From: Clostridia bacterium
GTDB taxonomy: Bacteria > Bacillota > Clostridia > Oscillospirales > CAG-272
DNA: 64,000 nt
NCBI GenBank assembly: GCA_017507905.1
Contig: JAFWAA010000061.1
Span: forward strand, 404-64,403
Direction of reading: 5' to 3'
The notes below the pieces were generated by a model. It was not told where the DNA came from. It worked only from the letters and a program-made list of their open reading frames with translations, and made no database searches. The position numbers and the translations under genes were made by a program. Positions within the stretch are counted from its first letter, which is position 1, and every line of letters starts with the position of its first letter. Shown here piece by piece: positions 27,701 through 37,134 of the stretch.

Positions 27701-28298
27701 GAAGCCCCGTGGAGGCGGCCAGATCCGCAAGCATGGGCAGAATGGCCTTTTGCTCGGCCATGCCGTGATCCTGCAGCTCGATATAGAAATGATCCTTGCC
27801 AAACAGCTCGCCATAGCGCACAGCGGTGGCACGGGCGGCGGCAACGTCACCCTTGGAGAGCAGACGGGGGATCCTTCCGCCAAGGCAGGCCGAATGCGCG
27901 ATCAGCCCTTCCGCGTGCGTGCGCAAAAGCTCCTCGTCCACGCGCGGCTTGTTGTAAAAGCCCTCGGTATAGGAGCGCGAAACCATCTCGATCAGGTTTC
28001 GGTATCCCGTCATATTCTCACAGAGAAGCACCAGATGATCGGCGTATCCGTCCGCGCTCGGCGTCTTGTCAAAGCGCGAATTCGGCGCAACGTAGACCTC
28101 ACATCCGATGATGGGATGCACCCCTGCCTCGCGGCAGGCACGGTCAAAGGCGATCACGCCGTACATGGCACCGTGATCGGTAATGGCCACCGCCTCCTGT
28201 CCGCATTCCTTGACCCGTGCGGGGATCTCGGAGATCCGACACGCGCCGTCGAGCAGGCTGTATTCGCTGTGCAGGTGAAGATGAACGAAGCCGTGCAT
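24759..28298 (-). CDS. dnaE: DNA polymerase III subunit alpha (DnaE type)
   Basis: ATG at 28298 follows GGGAGGG. PHP domain MHGFVHLHLHSEYSLLDGA, polymerase core (PDIDIDF) and a C-terminal OB fold. Confidence 0.95.
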   Translation of the reverse strand: MHGFVHLHLHSEYSLLDGACRISEIPARVKECGQEAVAITDHGAMYGVIAFDRACREAGVHPIIGCEVYVAPNSRFDKTPSADGYADHLVLLCENMTGYRNLIEMVSRSYTEGFYNKPRVDEELLRTHAEGLIAHSACLGGRIPRLLSKGDVAAARATAVRYGELFGKDHFYIELQDHGMAEQKAILPMLADLAASTGLPLVATNDCHYLRRKDAQTQAVLMCIQTQTTVDAGRPAAFATDELYLKDTNEMEMLFRAYPEAIQNTCRIAERCNVEFDFSTTYLPKFPCPKGETAEQTLRRLALEGLESRISCGQILFDGHTKEEYLARIDYELSVIGQMGYADYFLIVQDYVAFAKSRDIPVGPGRGSGAGSLVAFVLGITDVDSIRFDLLFERFLNPERVSMPDIDIDFCYNRRDEVIDYVTRKYGADHVSQIITFGTLAARAAIRDVGRALGMSYQDVDAVARAVPQELNITIADALAQPTLKQLYESSDRVKTLVDTAMGLEGMPRNVSIHAAGVVITDRPIADHVPLALSNGTVVTQFDMDTVARLGLLKFDFLALRYLTIIHDAEKQIREEEPDFDVEKIPLDDAATYRLISSGKTSGVFQLESAGMRQMLSNLAPERLDDVIAAIALYRPGPMDSIPAFIERRHHPEKVTYATPLLEPILRSTYGCVVYQEQVMSIFREIAGYTFGHADVVRRAMSKKKASVLLAERESFLAGAAERGVEREVAETLFTDMESFANYAFNKSHAAAYAIISYRTAYLKCHHPRAYFAALLTSVLGNQTKIAEYIAECASRGIRVLPPSINESRMLFSVSGKHIRFGLLALKNVGRQFIEQILRERQNGPFASFEEFIDRMPSGDLNKRMVESLLRAGAFDGLGLYRSQMLAVSERMIDRAAEKGRNNLDGQLDMFSMGGTLQSTPSCTYPDIPEFGIREKLLMEKEAAGMYFSGQLLDEYTKHLADLSPESIVEYVGEDADPADKARVSFAGIVTSVTPKSTKNGDRMAFFTLEDRMGEIECIVFARQYRELSHLLRVENGLFVTGTLSIREDEPPKLLVNLAKELIEDARYRGEDRPKTENALPAEQERVEKRGASAEKPSSAPAIEGLSQARRLFLRVPSLEDLRYRKAKNIVELFEGDFPVYFYDASTKTYSTEALGMERSRYAVEQLRALLGAENVIWK

Positions 28299-28332
28299 CC
28301 TGCGCCCTCCCTTCTTCTCGTACAAATCTTCT

Positions 28333-29121
28333 TTAGTTCGCTTTTCCTACGCCGAGAGGATCCTCTCGCTCAAGCTCTTCAATAATGGCCGCGATCGCTC
28401 CCTCCGAGCAATCGACCGTAACGCGGTCGGCCACGGCCTTAAGCCAATCCGGGGCGTTGTCCACGGCATATCCGATATCTGCCGCCTGGATCAGGTCCAT
28501 GTCATTTTCATAATTGCCCACGCCAACGACCAGCTTTGCGCGGTCCCCAAGAAGCTCCTTGAGACGGCGGACGGAATCGCCCTTGCCCGTTCCCTTCTTC
28601 TGGATCTCAATGCCGTTGACCCAGCTGCGCATAACGATATATTCGTCCCCTGCGATCTCCTTGATCCGCGCGGTGTATTCGTCGCTGTATTCGGACGGAA
28701 CAACGTAAAGGCTTTTGTAGATCGGCGTATTCAGCACATCCTCGGAAAGCACCTCGCCCGGCATCTGGCGAATGTAGCCGGTCACAAGATCGTGTTCAAC
28801 CTGCTGAAGCATTGGACACTCCTCGAAGATGCGGGTCGCCATCTCCAAAAGCTCACGTCCCGAGGTCATGCTGAAGGCGATCTCCTTCTCCTCGGGATCG
28901 ATCAATACCGCTCCGTTGATCAAGGACACCCAGGTGTTCGGGAATACGGATTCCCGATGCTTGGAGATCCAGCCGGGGTTGCGTCCGCTGGCCAGGGTAA
29001 AGAGGCCGCCGTTCTCCTGAAAATAGCGAATGGCCTGGCAGTTTGCCTCCGGGATCGCTCCGCGATAGGCCAGCGTGCCGTCAAAATCCACGATCAATAC
29101 GATGCCTTCAAATGTTTTCAT
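28333..29121 (-). CDS. Cof-type HAD-IIB family hydrolase
   Basis: MKTFEGIVLIVDFDGTL, ...GKGDSVRRL..., GVGNYENDMDL. Confidence 0.8.
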   Translation of the reverse strand: MKTFEGIVLIVDFDGTLAYRGAIPEANCQAIRYFQENGGLFTLASGRNPGWISKHRESVFPNTWVSLINGAVLIDPEEKEIAFSMTSGRELLEMATRIFEECPMLQQVEHDLVTGYIRQMPGEVLSEDVLNTPIYKSLYVVPSEYSDEYTARIKEIAGDEYIVMRSWVNGIEIQKKGTGKGDSVRRLKELLGDRAKLVVGVGNYENDMDLIQAADIGYAVDNAPDWLKAVADRVTVDCSEGAIAAIIEELEREDPLGVGKAN

Positions 29122-29147
29122 CTTGGGAAAGTCTCCTTTTTTGGGGG

Positions 29148-30035
29148 TCAAAGCTCCTCTGCCTCGGCAAGGATCCGCTGCAAGCGGTGGTTCAGTCCGG
29201 ATTTGGAAATGGGCGGCTCGTGCAAAGCGGTAAGCTCGTCCAGTGAGGCGTCGGGGTTGCGGTAGCGGAGCATCGCCGTGATGCGCAGCCCCTCGGAAAG
29301 GTTTTCCAGGCGCCCCGACTCGATCAGACGCCCGATCGCCTCCATCTGCCGCGTGCCTGCGGAGATGGCTTTTTCGATATTCTTTGCCACGCAGTTGGTG
29401 GCGCGGTTTTCATTGTTGCGGATATCCCGCTCGATGCGGCTGTTGATGACCTCAAAGACGACGTGCTGTCCGCCCATGAGGGTGATCAGCTCCTCCACCG
29501 AGCCGCTGTCCTTAAAGTAAAGCCCTGTTCCGCCCGTCCGCACCATGCGGCGGGGGGGATAGCCGAGAGAGGTCAGAAACTCCTCCAGTGCGTCAGCCCC
29601 CCGTCCCTCGGGGAGCAAAAGCTCAAGGTGGAAGGACTTGTGCGGATCGTTGACCGTTCCGTAGGCCAGGAACGCACCGCGCAGAAGAGCCGCACCGCAG
29701 CCATCGCAAATTCCCTTCCCCTCGGTCACGGGAAGAACGCCCTCCTCCTGCACACCGTGCAAAAGCTTTGCCGCCGAGGGGGAGGAAAAGGAAATATCCC
29801 AAAAGCGATGTCCGCACGCTCCGCTTTGGCGGACGTCCGGGGCTTTCCCGTAAAGCGAGGACAACAGCGGGATCGCCAGCTCGGCCGTGCTTTCCTGCTT
29901 TAAGCGGAGCGCGATCTGCTTGCCCGGGAGCAGCTTGGCTCCCAAAAGCAGACCTGCGCCGAGCATACGCCGACAGCAGGGCTTTTTGACGTTGATTGCG
30001 GCAAGCTCACGCCGCACGTTCTCGGCAAAGGACAC
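29148..30035 (-). CDS. whiA: DNA-binding protein WhiA
   Basis: 295 aa. N-terminus SFAENVRRELAAINVKKPCCRRMLGAGLL and C-terminal HTH ...LDELTALHEPPISKSGLNHRLQRI. GTG start with GGAGGGA upstream. Confidence 0.9.
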   Translation of the reverse strand: MSFAENVRRELAAINVKKPCCRRMLGAGLLLGAKLLPGKQIALRLKQESTAELAIPLLSSLYGKAPDVRQSGACGHRFWDISFSSPSAAKLLHGVQEEGVLPVTEGKGICDGCGAALLRGAFLAYGTVNDPHKSFHLELLLPEGRGADALEEFLTSLGYPPRRMVRTGGTGLYFKDSGSVEELITLMGGQHVVFEVINSRIERDIRNNENRATNCVAKNIEKAISAGTRQMEAIGRLIESGRLENLSEGLRITAMLRYRNPDASLDELTALHEPPISKSGLNHRLQRILAEAEEL

Positions 30036-30093
30036 TCCCTATCCCTCCATTTCCTTCATCTTCTGCAAACGTCTTTTTTTCGTTCAAAAGTGC

Positions 30094-30990
30094 TTATAAA
30101 AAGCGGATCTCGCGCTCAAGCTCCACGCCGAATTCTCGGCGCACGCACTCCTGCACGTGGGAAACGAGTGCGCGAACGTCCCGAGCGGTCGCACCGCCCC
30201 GATTGACGATAAAGCCTGCGTGCTTCTCGGACACCTGCGCGCCTCCGATGGAAAATCCCTTCAGTCCGCAGTCCTCGATCAGCTTGCCCGCGTAGTGGCC
30301 GACGGGACGCTTGAATACGCTCCCCGCGCTGGGAAGATCCAGGGGCTGCGTGCTTCTCCGCTTGGCGGCAAGCTCACGCATCTGTGTCAGGATCTCCTCG
30401 GAGCTTCCCGGCTCCAGGCGAAGCGTGGCCTCAAGGATCACCGCCGAGGGAAGCGTCTGATAAACGCTTTTGCGCACGCCGAAGCCATGCTCCTCTCCGC
30501 GGAGCGTGCGGATCTCTCCGCTTTTGCGATCGTAATAGGAGGAGGACACCACGACCTGCTCCATGCAGCCGCCGTAGGCACCCGCGTTCATCAGAACGGC
30601 ACCGCCGAGCGTTCCCGGAATGCCGTGGGCAAACGCCAGGGAGCCAAGCGATTCCTCCTGCGCGCGCTTGGCCAGAGCCGAAAGCGAAGCACCTGCCGAG
30701 GCGCGAAGGGTATTTCCCTCGACCGTGATCTCACGCCACCCTCCCGTAAAGAGAACGGCGCCGTCAAGCCCCTCGTCGGGAAAGAGAAGGTTGCTGCCGT
30801 TGCCGATGACCCAGAGCGGAAGCTCGGCGCGGTCGATCAAGGAAAGCGAGAGGAGCAGCTGCTCCCGCGTTTTGGGAAAGAGGGCAAGGCGTGCCGGGCC
30901 GCCGATGCGGAAGGTGCTGTGCGCCGAAAGCGGACAGTGCTCCTCAAACGGAACCCCCGCCCGTGCAAGCTCTGACAAGACGGTTTTCAT
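30094..30990 (-). CDS. murB: UDP-N-acetylenolpyruvoylglucosamine reductase
   Basis: ATG at 30990 follows GGGGAGG. FAD-binding motif HSTFRIGGPA and C-terminal GGAQVSEKHAGFIVN. Confidence 0.92.
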   Translation of the reverse strand: MKTVLSELARAGVPFEEHCPLSAHSTFRIGGPARLALFPKTREQLLLSLSLIDRAELPLWVIGNGSNLLFPDEGLDGAVLFTGGWREITVEGNTLRASAGASLSALAKRAQEESLGSLAFAHGIPGTLGGAVLMNAGAYGGCMEQVVVSSSYYDRKSGEIRTLRGEEHGFGVRKSVYQTLPSAVILEATLRLEPGSSEEILTQMRELAAKRRSTQPLDLPSAGSVFKRPVGHYAGKLIEDCGLKGFSIGGAQVSEKHAGFIVNRGGATARDVRALVSHVQECVRREFGVELEREIRFL

Positions 30991-31083
30991 GCTCTGCACC
31001 TCCCCATTTCTCATTCTGCTTCTATTATACTCGATTCGCGGCAAAATTGCAATACGATTCTCTCGAAAAAACGCGAATACCCC

Positions 31084-31112
31084 TTGCAAAATTTTCTTTT
31101 TTGCTGTATAAT
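31084..31112 (+). promoter_or_regulatory. sigma-A type promoter of the oxidoreductase-coaE-slt unit
   Basis: TTGCAA at 31084-31089, 17-bp spacer, TATAAT at 31107-31112. Confidence 0.55.
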
Positions 31113-31171
31113 ATTATATTGGAAGTATATATAATTTTTCCAAACGGGAACGAAAGGAGTGCGGAACGCAC

Positions 31172-32317
31172 ATGAAGGAAAAAAAGATCCTGCGGATAGG
31201 CCTTCTCGGCTTTGGTTCTATGGGGCGTACGCACGCCTTTGCCATTCGGAATCTGCCCTTCTTTTATGGGGAGCTTCCCTTCACTGCGGAAATTCGCGGC
31301 CTTTGCACGGCACACCCCGAGAGTGCAAGGCAGGCGGCAGAGGAGTTTGGCATCCCGCTTGTGTTTGAGCGTGAGGACGAGCTGTTGGAGCATCCCGAGA
31401 TCGACGTGATCGACGTTTGCACGCCGAACCGCTATCATGCCGACACGCTTTGTCGGGCGATCGCCTGCGGCAAGCACGTCCTGTGCGAAAAGCCGCTCTG
31501 CACCTCCCCCGAGGAGGCACGGCGGATCCTTGCCGTTCCGCAAAGAGAAGGACAGGTCACGGGCATGGTCTTCAACAATCGCCATCTCGCCCCCGTCCTG
31601 CGCGCAAAGCAGCTGATCGACGAGGGACGCCTTGGGCGGATCCTGACCTTCCGCGGCGCGTACCTGCACAACAGTGCCACCGACCCCTCCCGCCCCGCAG
31701 GCTGGAAGCAGGACAGGACCGTTTGCGGCGGTGGCGTTCTGTTTGACCTCGGCTCGCACCTGATCGATCTTATCGGCTGGCTCTGCGGCGAGTTTCGCGC
31801 GGTCAGCGGACTTTCCCAAATCGCCTTCCCCACCCGTATCGGCATGGATCACACCTCCTGGCAGACCAACGCCGACGAGGGCTTTTCCCTGCTGGCCGTC
31901 ACGAAGGACGGCGCGCACGGAACACTGGAGGTCGGAAAGCTCCAGGTGGGAACGAACGACGATCTTTCTTTCGAGATCTACGGTGAGCGCGGCTCTCTCC
32001 GCTTCTCCCTGATGGATCCGAACCATCTCTTTTTCTACGATGCCACTTCTCCCGCCTCTCCCATCGGCGGTGAGCGCGGATACACCGCCATTGAATGCGT
32101 GGGACGCTATCCCGATCTTTGCTTCCCCTCGCCAAAGGCCCCCGCAGGCTGGCTTTACGGACACGTGCAAAGCATGTATTCCTTCCTCTCCGCCGTCAGC
32201 GAAGGAAGGCCGTTTGCACCCTCCCTTTCGGACGGTGCCTACGTGCAGGCCGTGATGGACGCCGCCTATCGCTCGGCCGAGCAGGAGAGCCGCCTTACGG
32301 AGGTGACCCCATGTTAG
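31172..32317 (+). CDS. Gfo/Idh/MocA family oxidoreductase
   Basis: N-terminal Rossmann fold MKEKKILRIGLLGFGSMGRTHA and the EKP motif (HVLCEKPL). Confidence 0.85.
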   Translation: MKEKKILRIGLLGFGSMGRTHAFAIRNLPFFYGELPFTAEIRGLCTAHPESARQAAEEFGIPLVFEREDELLEHPEIDVIDVCTPNRYHADTLCRAIACGKHVLCEKPLCTSPEEARRILAVPQREGQVTGMVFNNRHLAPVLRAKQLIDEGRLGRILTFRGAYLHNSATDPSRPAGWKQDRTVCGGGVLFDLGSHLIDLIGWLCGEFRAVSGLSQIAFPTRIGMDHTSWQTNADEGFSLLAVTKDGAHGTLEVGKLQVGTNDDLSFEIYGERGSLRFSLMDPNHLFFYDATSPASPIGGERGYTAIECVGRYPDLCFPSPKAPAGWLYGHVQSMYSFLSAVSEGRPFAPSLSDGAYVQAVMDAAYRSAEQESRLTEVTPC

Positions 32318-32913
32318 TCATCGGTCTTACCGGTCCGAGCGGCGCGGGAAAGGGCGAGGTCAGCCGTATGCTCCTTGCGCTTGGCATTCCCGTGATCGAT
32401 GCGGACGAGGTCTACCACGCCCTGCTCGTCCCCCCCTCCCCCTGCCTTGACGCCATCGCAAGCGCCTTTGGCAAGCAGGTCCTGCGTGCCGACGGCACGC
32501 TTGACCGCAAGGCCCTCTCGGCGATCGTCTTTTCGGATGCCGCACAGCTGCAAAACCTCAACCGCATCACCCACGGCTTTGTGATGGAGCGTATCCGTCA
32601 GGAGCTGGAGGTGCTTCGGAAGAAGGGATACGCCGCGGCCGCCATAGACGCCCCTCAGCTCTTTGAGGCAGGGGCTGACGCCGACTGCGAGATCACGCTG
32701 GCGGTGCTTGCCGACCGCGAGCTTCGCCTGCACCGCATCATGCAACGCGACGGCCTGGACGCCGAAAGCGCCGCACGGCGCGTGGACGCTCAACGGAGCG
32801 ACGACTTTTTCCGTCGGCACGCCGACTACGTGCTGGAGAACAACGGCGCCCCCGAGATGCTTCGTCCGAGCCTTCTTCGCATTCTAGAGGAAGTGGGGGT
32901 GCTACGCACATGA
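32311..32913 (+). CDS. coaE: dephospho-CoA kinase
   Basis: ATG at 32311 overlaps the upstream stop. MLVIGLTGPSGAGKGEV P-loop, about 200 aa. Confidence 0.9.
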   Translation: MLVIGLTGPSGAGKGEVSRMLLALGIPVIDADEVYHALLVPPSPCLDAIASAFGKQVLRADGTLDRKALSAIVFSDAAQLQNLNRITHGFVMERIRQELEVLRKKGYAAAAIDAPQLFEAGADADCEITLAVLADRELRLHRIMQRDGLDAESAARRVDAQRSDDFFRRHADYVLENNGAPEMLRPSLLRILEEVGVLRT

Positions 32914-33494
32914 AGTTCAATTCCCGCCGTCTGATCGCCCTGCTCCTTCTGGTCCTCCTCTCGGTCGGCTTCGGCTTTGCCTTTGACGCCGTGGCCACCG
33001 CCATTGAAAAGCATCAGTATCCCATGCCACGGGAGCTTGCGGAGTACGTCAGCTCCGCGGCCGAGGAATTCGGTCTTCCCGAGACCGTGCTTTGGGCATT
33101 CGTCCGCACCGAGAGCCGCTTTGCCAGCGACCTCGTCTCCCCCGACGGTGCGATCGGCCTCTTGCAGCTGACCCCCGAGACCTTTTCCATGATCTGCACC
33201 GAAATCCTCGGTGAGGAGGAAAAAAGCAGCGAGCTGCTCTACGCCCCCGCAACCAATCTGCATTACGGCGCGGCGCTGATCTCCTCCCTCTACGAGCGCT
33301 ACGGCGTGTGGGAGACCGCCTACGCCGCCTACTTTGCCGGACGGGAGACCGTGGACGCATGGCTTCGCGATCCCGAGCTCGTCACGCCCCAAGGCAGGCT
33401 CAGCATTCCCGATCCCGATACCGCCGCCTACGTGGAGGATCTCCTCCGCGCGGTCGAGCGCTACGGCGAGCTCTACTTCAGCCGTACCCCATAA
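32910..33494 (+). CDS. lytic transglycosylase (SLT domain) protein with N-terminal membrane anchor
   Basis: Signal anchor, then the SLT catalytic region VRTESRFASDLVSPDGAIGLLQLTPETF. The start overlaps the coaE stop. Confidence 0.85.
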   Translation: MKFNSRRLIALLLLVLLSVGFGFAFDAVATAIEKHQYPMPRELAEYVSSAAEEFGLPETVLWAFVRTESRFASDLVSPDGAIGLLQLTPETFSMICTEILGEEEKSSELLYAPATNLHYGAALISSLYERYGVWETAYAAYFAGRETVDAWLRDPELVTPQGRLSIPDPDTAAYVEDLLRAVERYGELYFSRTP

Positions 33495-33538
33495 CCGAAA
33501 AACCATATTCTGTGAACCATAATAAAGGAGAAATCATT

Positions 33539-34918
33539 ATGTCCGACGCAAGAAAGAATCTGGTCTACGAAAAGAAGACCGTCTATGAGAAGGCCGGCGA
33601 GAAGATTGTTGCAAAGGCTTACGAATACGCCAAGGGCTACGTCAACTTCCTTGACGCCGCCAAGACCGAAAGAGAGGCCGTTTGCGAGGGCGTGAAGCTC
33701 GCCGAGGCGGCAGGCTACCGTCCCTACACCTTCGGTGACCCCATCAAGGCAGGCGACAAGCTCTATTACAACAACCGCGGCAAGAATATCTTCTTGTTCC
33801 GCATCGGTACCGAGGACATCAACAACGGCATCCGCATCACCGCCGCACACATCGACTCCCCGCGCCTTGACCTGAAGCAGGTTCCCCTCTACGAGGACAA
33901 CGGCATGTGCTTCCTCAAGACGCACTACTACGGCGGCATTCGCAAGTATCAGTGGCTCGCCATGCCTCTGGCCCTGCACGGCGTGGTGGTCAAGCAGGAC
34001 GGCGAGGTGCTTGACGTGGTCATCGGCGAGCGCGACGAGGATCCCGTTATGTATATCACCGATCTTCTTCCCCACCTGGCGGCCGCCTATAACGAAAAGC
34101 CCCTCGGCAAGGCCGTGACGGGTGAGCAGCTCAACATTCTCGTGGGCAGCCGTCCCCTCGCCGACGAGGACAAGGACGCCGTAAAGCTTGGCGTTCTGCA
34201 GTATCTCTACGACACCTACGGCATCACCGAGGAGGACTTCCTCTCGGCAGAGCTTTCCATCGTTCCCGCAGGCAAGGCACGCGACGTTGGCTTTGACCGC
34301 TCCATGATCAGCGGCTACGGACACGACGACCGCGTTTGCGCATATCCCTCCATCACCGCCATGATCGACGCGGACGAGAAGGTCCACACCACCATGTGCC
34401 TGCTCGTGGATAAGGAGGAGACCGGAAGCGACGGCGTGACCGGTATGCAGAGCAGTCTGATCACCGATCTGATCACCGAGATCGCCAAGGCCCTTGGCGG
34501 AAACGAGGCCACCGTGCGTGCAAACTCCAAGTGCCTCTCGAGCGACGTGACCGCGATCTACGATCCCACCTTCCCCGACGTCTACGAGTATCGCAACTCC
34601 GCCCTTCTCGGCTGCGGCGTTGGTATGTGCAAGTTCACCGGCTCGCGCGGAAAGGGCGGCACGTCGGACGCAAGCGCAGAGCTTGTTGCCTGGGTGCGCC
34701 GTTGCCTGAATGAGGCAGGCGTCGTTTGGCAGACCTGCGAGCTTGGCAAGATCGACGTTGGCGGCGGCGGAACGGTGGCAAAATTCATGGCCAACCACAA
34801 CATCGACACCGTGGATCTCGGCGTTGGCGTGCTTTCCATGCACGCGCCCTACGAGCTGATCTCCAAGGTGGATCTCTACGAGAGCTACCGCGCCTTCAAG
34901 GCCTTCTACGCATTCTGA
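33539..34918 (+). CDS. M18 family aminopeptidase
   Basis: ATG at 33539 follows AGGAGA. MSDARKNLVYEKK..., AAHIDSPRLDLK, GYGHDDRVCAY, DKEETGS, SMHAPYE: the M18/M42-like metal-site pattern. Confidence 0.85.
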   Translation: MSDARKNLVYEKKTVYEKAGEKIVAKAYEYAKGYVNFLDAAKTEREAVCEGVKLAEAAGYRPYTFGDPIKAGDKLYYNNRGKNIFLFRIGTEDINNGIRITAAHIDSPRLDLKQVPLYEDNGMCFLKTHYYGGIRKYQWLAMPLALHGVVVKQDGEVLDVVIGERDEDPVMYITDLLPHLAAAYNEKPLGKAVTGEQLNILVGSRPLADEDKDAVKLGVLQYLYDTYGITEEDFLSAELSIVPAGKARDVGFDRSMISGYGHDDRVCAYPSITAMIDADEKVHTTMCLLVDKEETGSDGVTGMQSSLITDLITEIAKALGGNEATVRANSKCLSSDVTAIYDPTFPDVYEYRNSALLGCGVGMCKFTGSRGKGGTSDASAELVAWVRRCLNEAGVVWQTCELGKIDVGGGGTVAKFMANHNIDTVDLGVGVLSMHAPYELISKVDLYESYRAFKAFYAF

Positions 34919-34980
34919 AATCCCCGTTCGGGACACCGATCCCGTCCATTCCCTGACCACGAAGAAGAAAGGAGTGCCCT

Positions 34981-36045
34981 ATGCTAAGCAAGCTGCAAGC
35001 GGCAGAGGAAAAATATCTTCACCTGGAAGCCTCGCTTTCGGACCCCGCCGTGATGGCAGACCCTGCACGCTGTGCGCAGATCATGCGCGAGCATAAGCTC
35101 CTTTCCCCCATCATGGAGCAATACCGCCTCTACCGCGAGAACGAGGTCCGCATTGCGGACGCACTTGCGCTCCTCGAGGAGGAGAGCGATCCCGAGCTTC
35201 GTGCTCTTGCCTCCGAGGAGCTTAAGGAGGCACGCGAGACGGCCGAGAGCCTGCTTCACGAGCTGACCCTGCTTCTCCTTCCGCGCGACCCGAACGACGA
35301 TAAAAACGTCATTGTGGAGATCCGCGCGGGAGCGGGTGGCGAGGAGGCCGCCCTCTTTGCGGCGGTTCTTTACCGCATGTATACCATGTATGCCACGACG
35401 CGTGGCTTCCGCTGCTCACTCGTCAATCAAAATCCCACCGAGCTTGGCGGCTTTCGGCAGATCGCCTTCCAGATCGAGGGAGAGGGCGCGTATTCACGCT
35501 TCAAGTTTGAGAGCGGCGTGCATCGCGTCCAGCGCGTTCCCGAAACCGAATCCCAAGGACGCATCCAGACCTCTACCGCCACCGTGGCGGTGCTTCCCGA
35601 GGTTGAGGAGGTCTCGGTGGAGATCAACCCCGCAGACCTGCTCTTTGAATCCTGCAAATCCAGTGGCGCGGGCGGTCAGCACATCAACAAGACCGAGTCC
35701 GCCGTTCGTCTGACGCACAAGCCCACGGGAATCGTGGTCGAGTGCCAGGAGGAGCGTAGCCAATTCAAGAATAAAGACAAGGCGCTCCGTATGCTCCGCG
35801 CGATCCTCTACGACCAAAAGCAGAGGGAGCAGACCGAGCAGATCGCCTCCGACCGCCGTGCCCAGGTGGGAACGGGCGACCGCAGCGAGCGCATCCGCAC
35901 CTACAACTATCCGCAGGGACGCGTCACCGATCACCGCATCGGGCTGACGCTCTATTCCCTTGACCGCTTCGTCAACGGCGAGCTGGACGGCATGATCAAC
36001 GCCCTCGCCACCGCCGAAACGGCCGAAAAGCTCAAGCAACAGTAA
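34981..36045 (+). CDS. prfA: peptide chain release factor 1
   Basis: 354 aa. PxT-type decoding region and the GGQ motif (SSGAGGQHINKTESAVRLTH). Confidence 0.95.
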   Translation: MLSKLQAAEEKYLHLEASLSDPAVMADPARCAQIMREHKLLSPIMEQYRLYRENEVRIADALALLEEESDPELRALASEELKEARETAESLLHELTLLLLPRDPNDDKNVIVEIRAGAGGEEAALFAAVLYRMYTMYATTRGFRCSLVNQNPTELGGFRQIAFQIEGEGAYSRFKFESGVHRVQRVPETESQGRIQTSTATVAVLPEVEEVSVEINPADLLFESCKSSGAGGQHINKTESAVRLTHKPTGIVVECQEERSQFKNKDKALRMLRAILYDQKQREQTEQIASDRRAQVGTGDRSERIRTYNYPQGRVTDHRIGLTLYSLDRFVNGELDGMINALATAETAEKLKQQ

Positions 36046-36059
36046 TTTGGGAGGCCCTT

Positions 36060-37103
36060 ATGGCTTTGCAGACCGAATACATCACCGTTACCGATCCTGC
36101 GTCGCAGGATGCGGAGCTTCGCCACGCGGCCGAGATCCTTCGCCGCGGAGGGCTCGTGGTCTTTCCCACCGAGACCGTCTACGGTCTTGGAGGCGACGCC
36201 ACCGACGCCGAGGCTTCAAAACGCATCTACGCCGCAAAGGGGCGTCCCTCGGACAACCCCCTCATCATTCATCTGGCCCATCCCGAGGAGGCCGAGGCCT
36301 ACGCCCACACCTCCCCGCTCTATTACCGTCTGGCCAAGGCCTTTATGCCGGGGCCCTTGACGGTCATTCTTCCCAAGAAGGACACCGTTCCCCTCTCGAC
36401 CACGGGAGGGCTTGATACGGTCGCCGTGCGATGCCCCTCGCATCCCGTGGCGCACCGCCTGATCGAGCTTTTGGGACGTCCCATCGCCGCCCCCTCCGCC
36501 AACCTTTCGGGAAAGCCCTCCCCCACCAACGCCCGCCACGTGGCCGAGGATATGGACGGACGGGTGGACATGATCCTGGACGGAGGCGAGAGCGAGATCG
36601 GGCTTGAATCCACCATCGTTAAGCTGGACGGCGACACCGCCACGCTTCTGCGCCCCGGCGGGATCACCTACGACGCGCTTTGCTTGGTCCTGGATCACGT
36701 TTTCGTGGCCGACGCCGTGACGCACCGTCTGGCCGAAAATGAGCGTCCCCTTTCCCCCGGCATGAAATACCGCCATTACGCCCCCACGGCCCCCCTCGTG
36801 TTGCTTTCGGGCGAGCGTGAGCGCGTTTTGGACTTTCTCCGTCGGGAGCAAAAGGAAAACGATTGCGCCATTCTTTGCTACGAGGAGGACGTCCCCTTCC
36901 TCGACCAACGCAACCTCTTTCCCATCGGCGCACGCGATGACCTTGACGCACAGGCGCACAGCCTCTTTCGCACGCTTCGGCAGGCGGATCGCGCAAGCAC
37001 AGCGTGCATCTACGCGCCCCTCCCCCCGACCGAGGGACTTGGCCTGGCTCTCTACAACCGCATGATCCGCGCCGCCGCCCATACGGTCAAGCACATCGAC
37101 TGA
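36060..37103 (+). CDS. tsaC: L-threonylcarbamoyladenylate synthase (Sua5/YwlC type, with SUA5 C-terminal domain)
   Basis: VVFPTETVYGLGGDA, KGRPSDNPLIIH, SANLSGKPSPT. Confidence 0.92.
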   Translation: MALQTEYITVTDPASQDAELRHAAEILRRGGLVVFPTETVYGLGGDATDAEASKRIYAAKGRPSDNPLIIHLAHPEEAEAYAHTSPLYYRLAKAFMPGPLTVILPKKDTVPLSTTGGLDTVAVRCPSHPVAHRLIELLGRPIAAPSANLSGKPSPTNARHVAEDMDGRVDMILDGGESEIGLESTIVKLDGDTATLLRPGGITYDALCLVLDHVFVADAVTHRLAENERPLSPGMKYRHYAPTAPLVLLSGERERVLDFLRREQKENDCAILCYEEDVPFLDQRNLFPIGARDDLDAQAHSLFRTLRQADRASTACIYAPLPPTEGLGLALYNRMIRAAAHTVKHID

Positions 37104-37134
37104 CAACAAAACAGAAAGGATCACGATCCAAGCT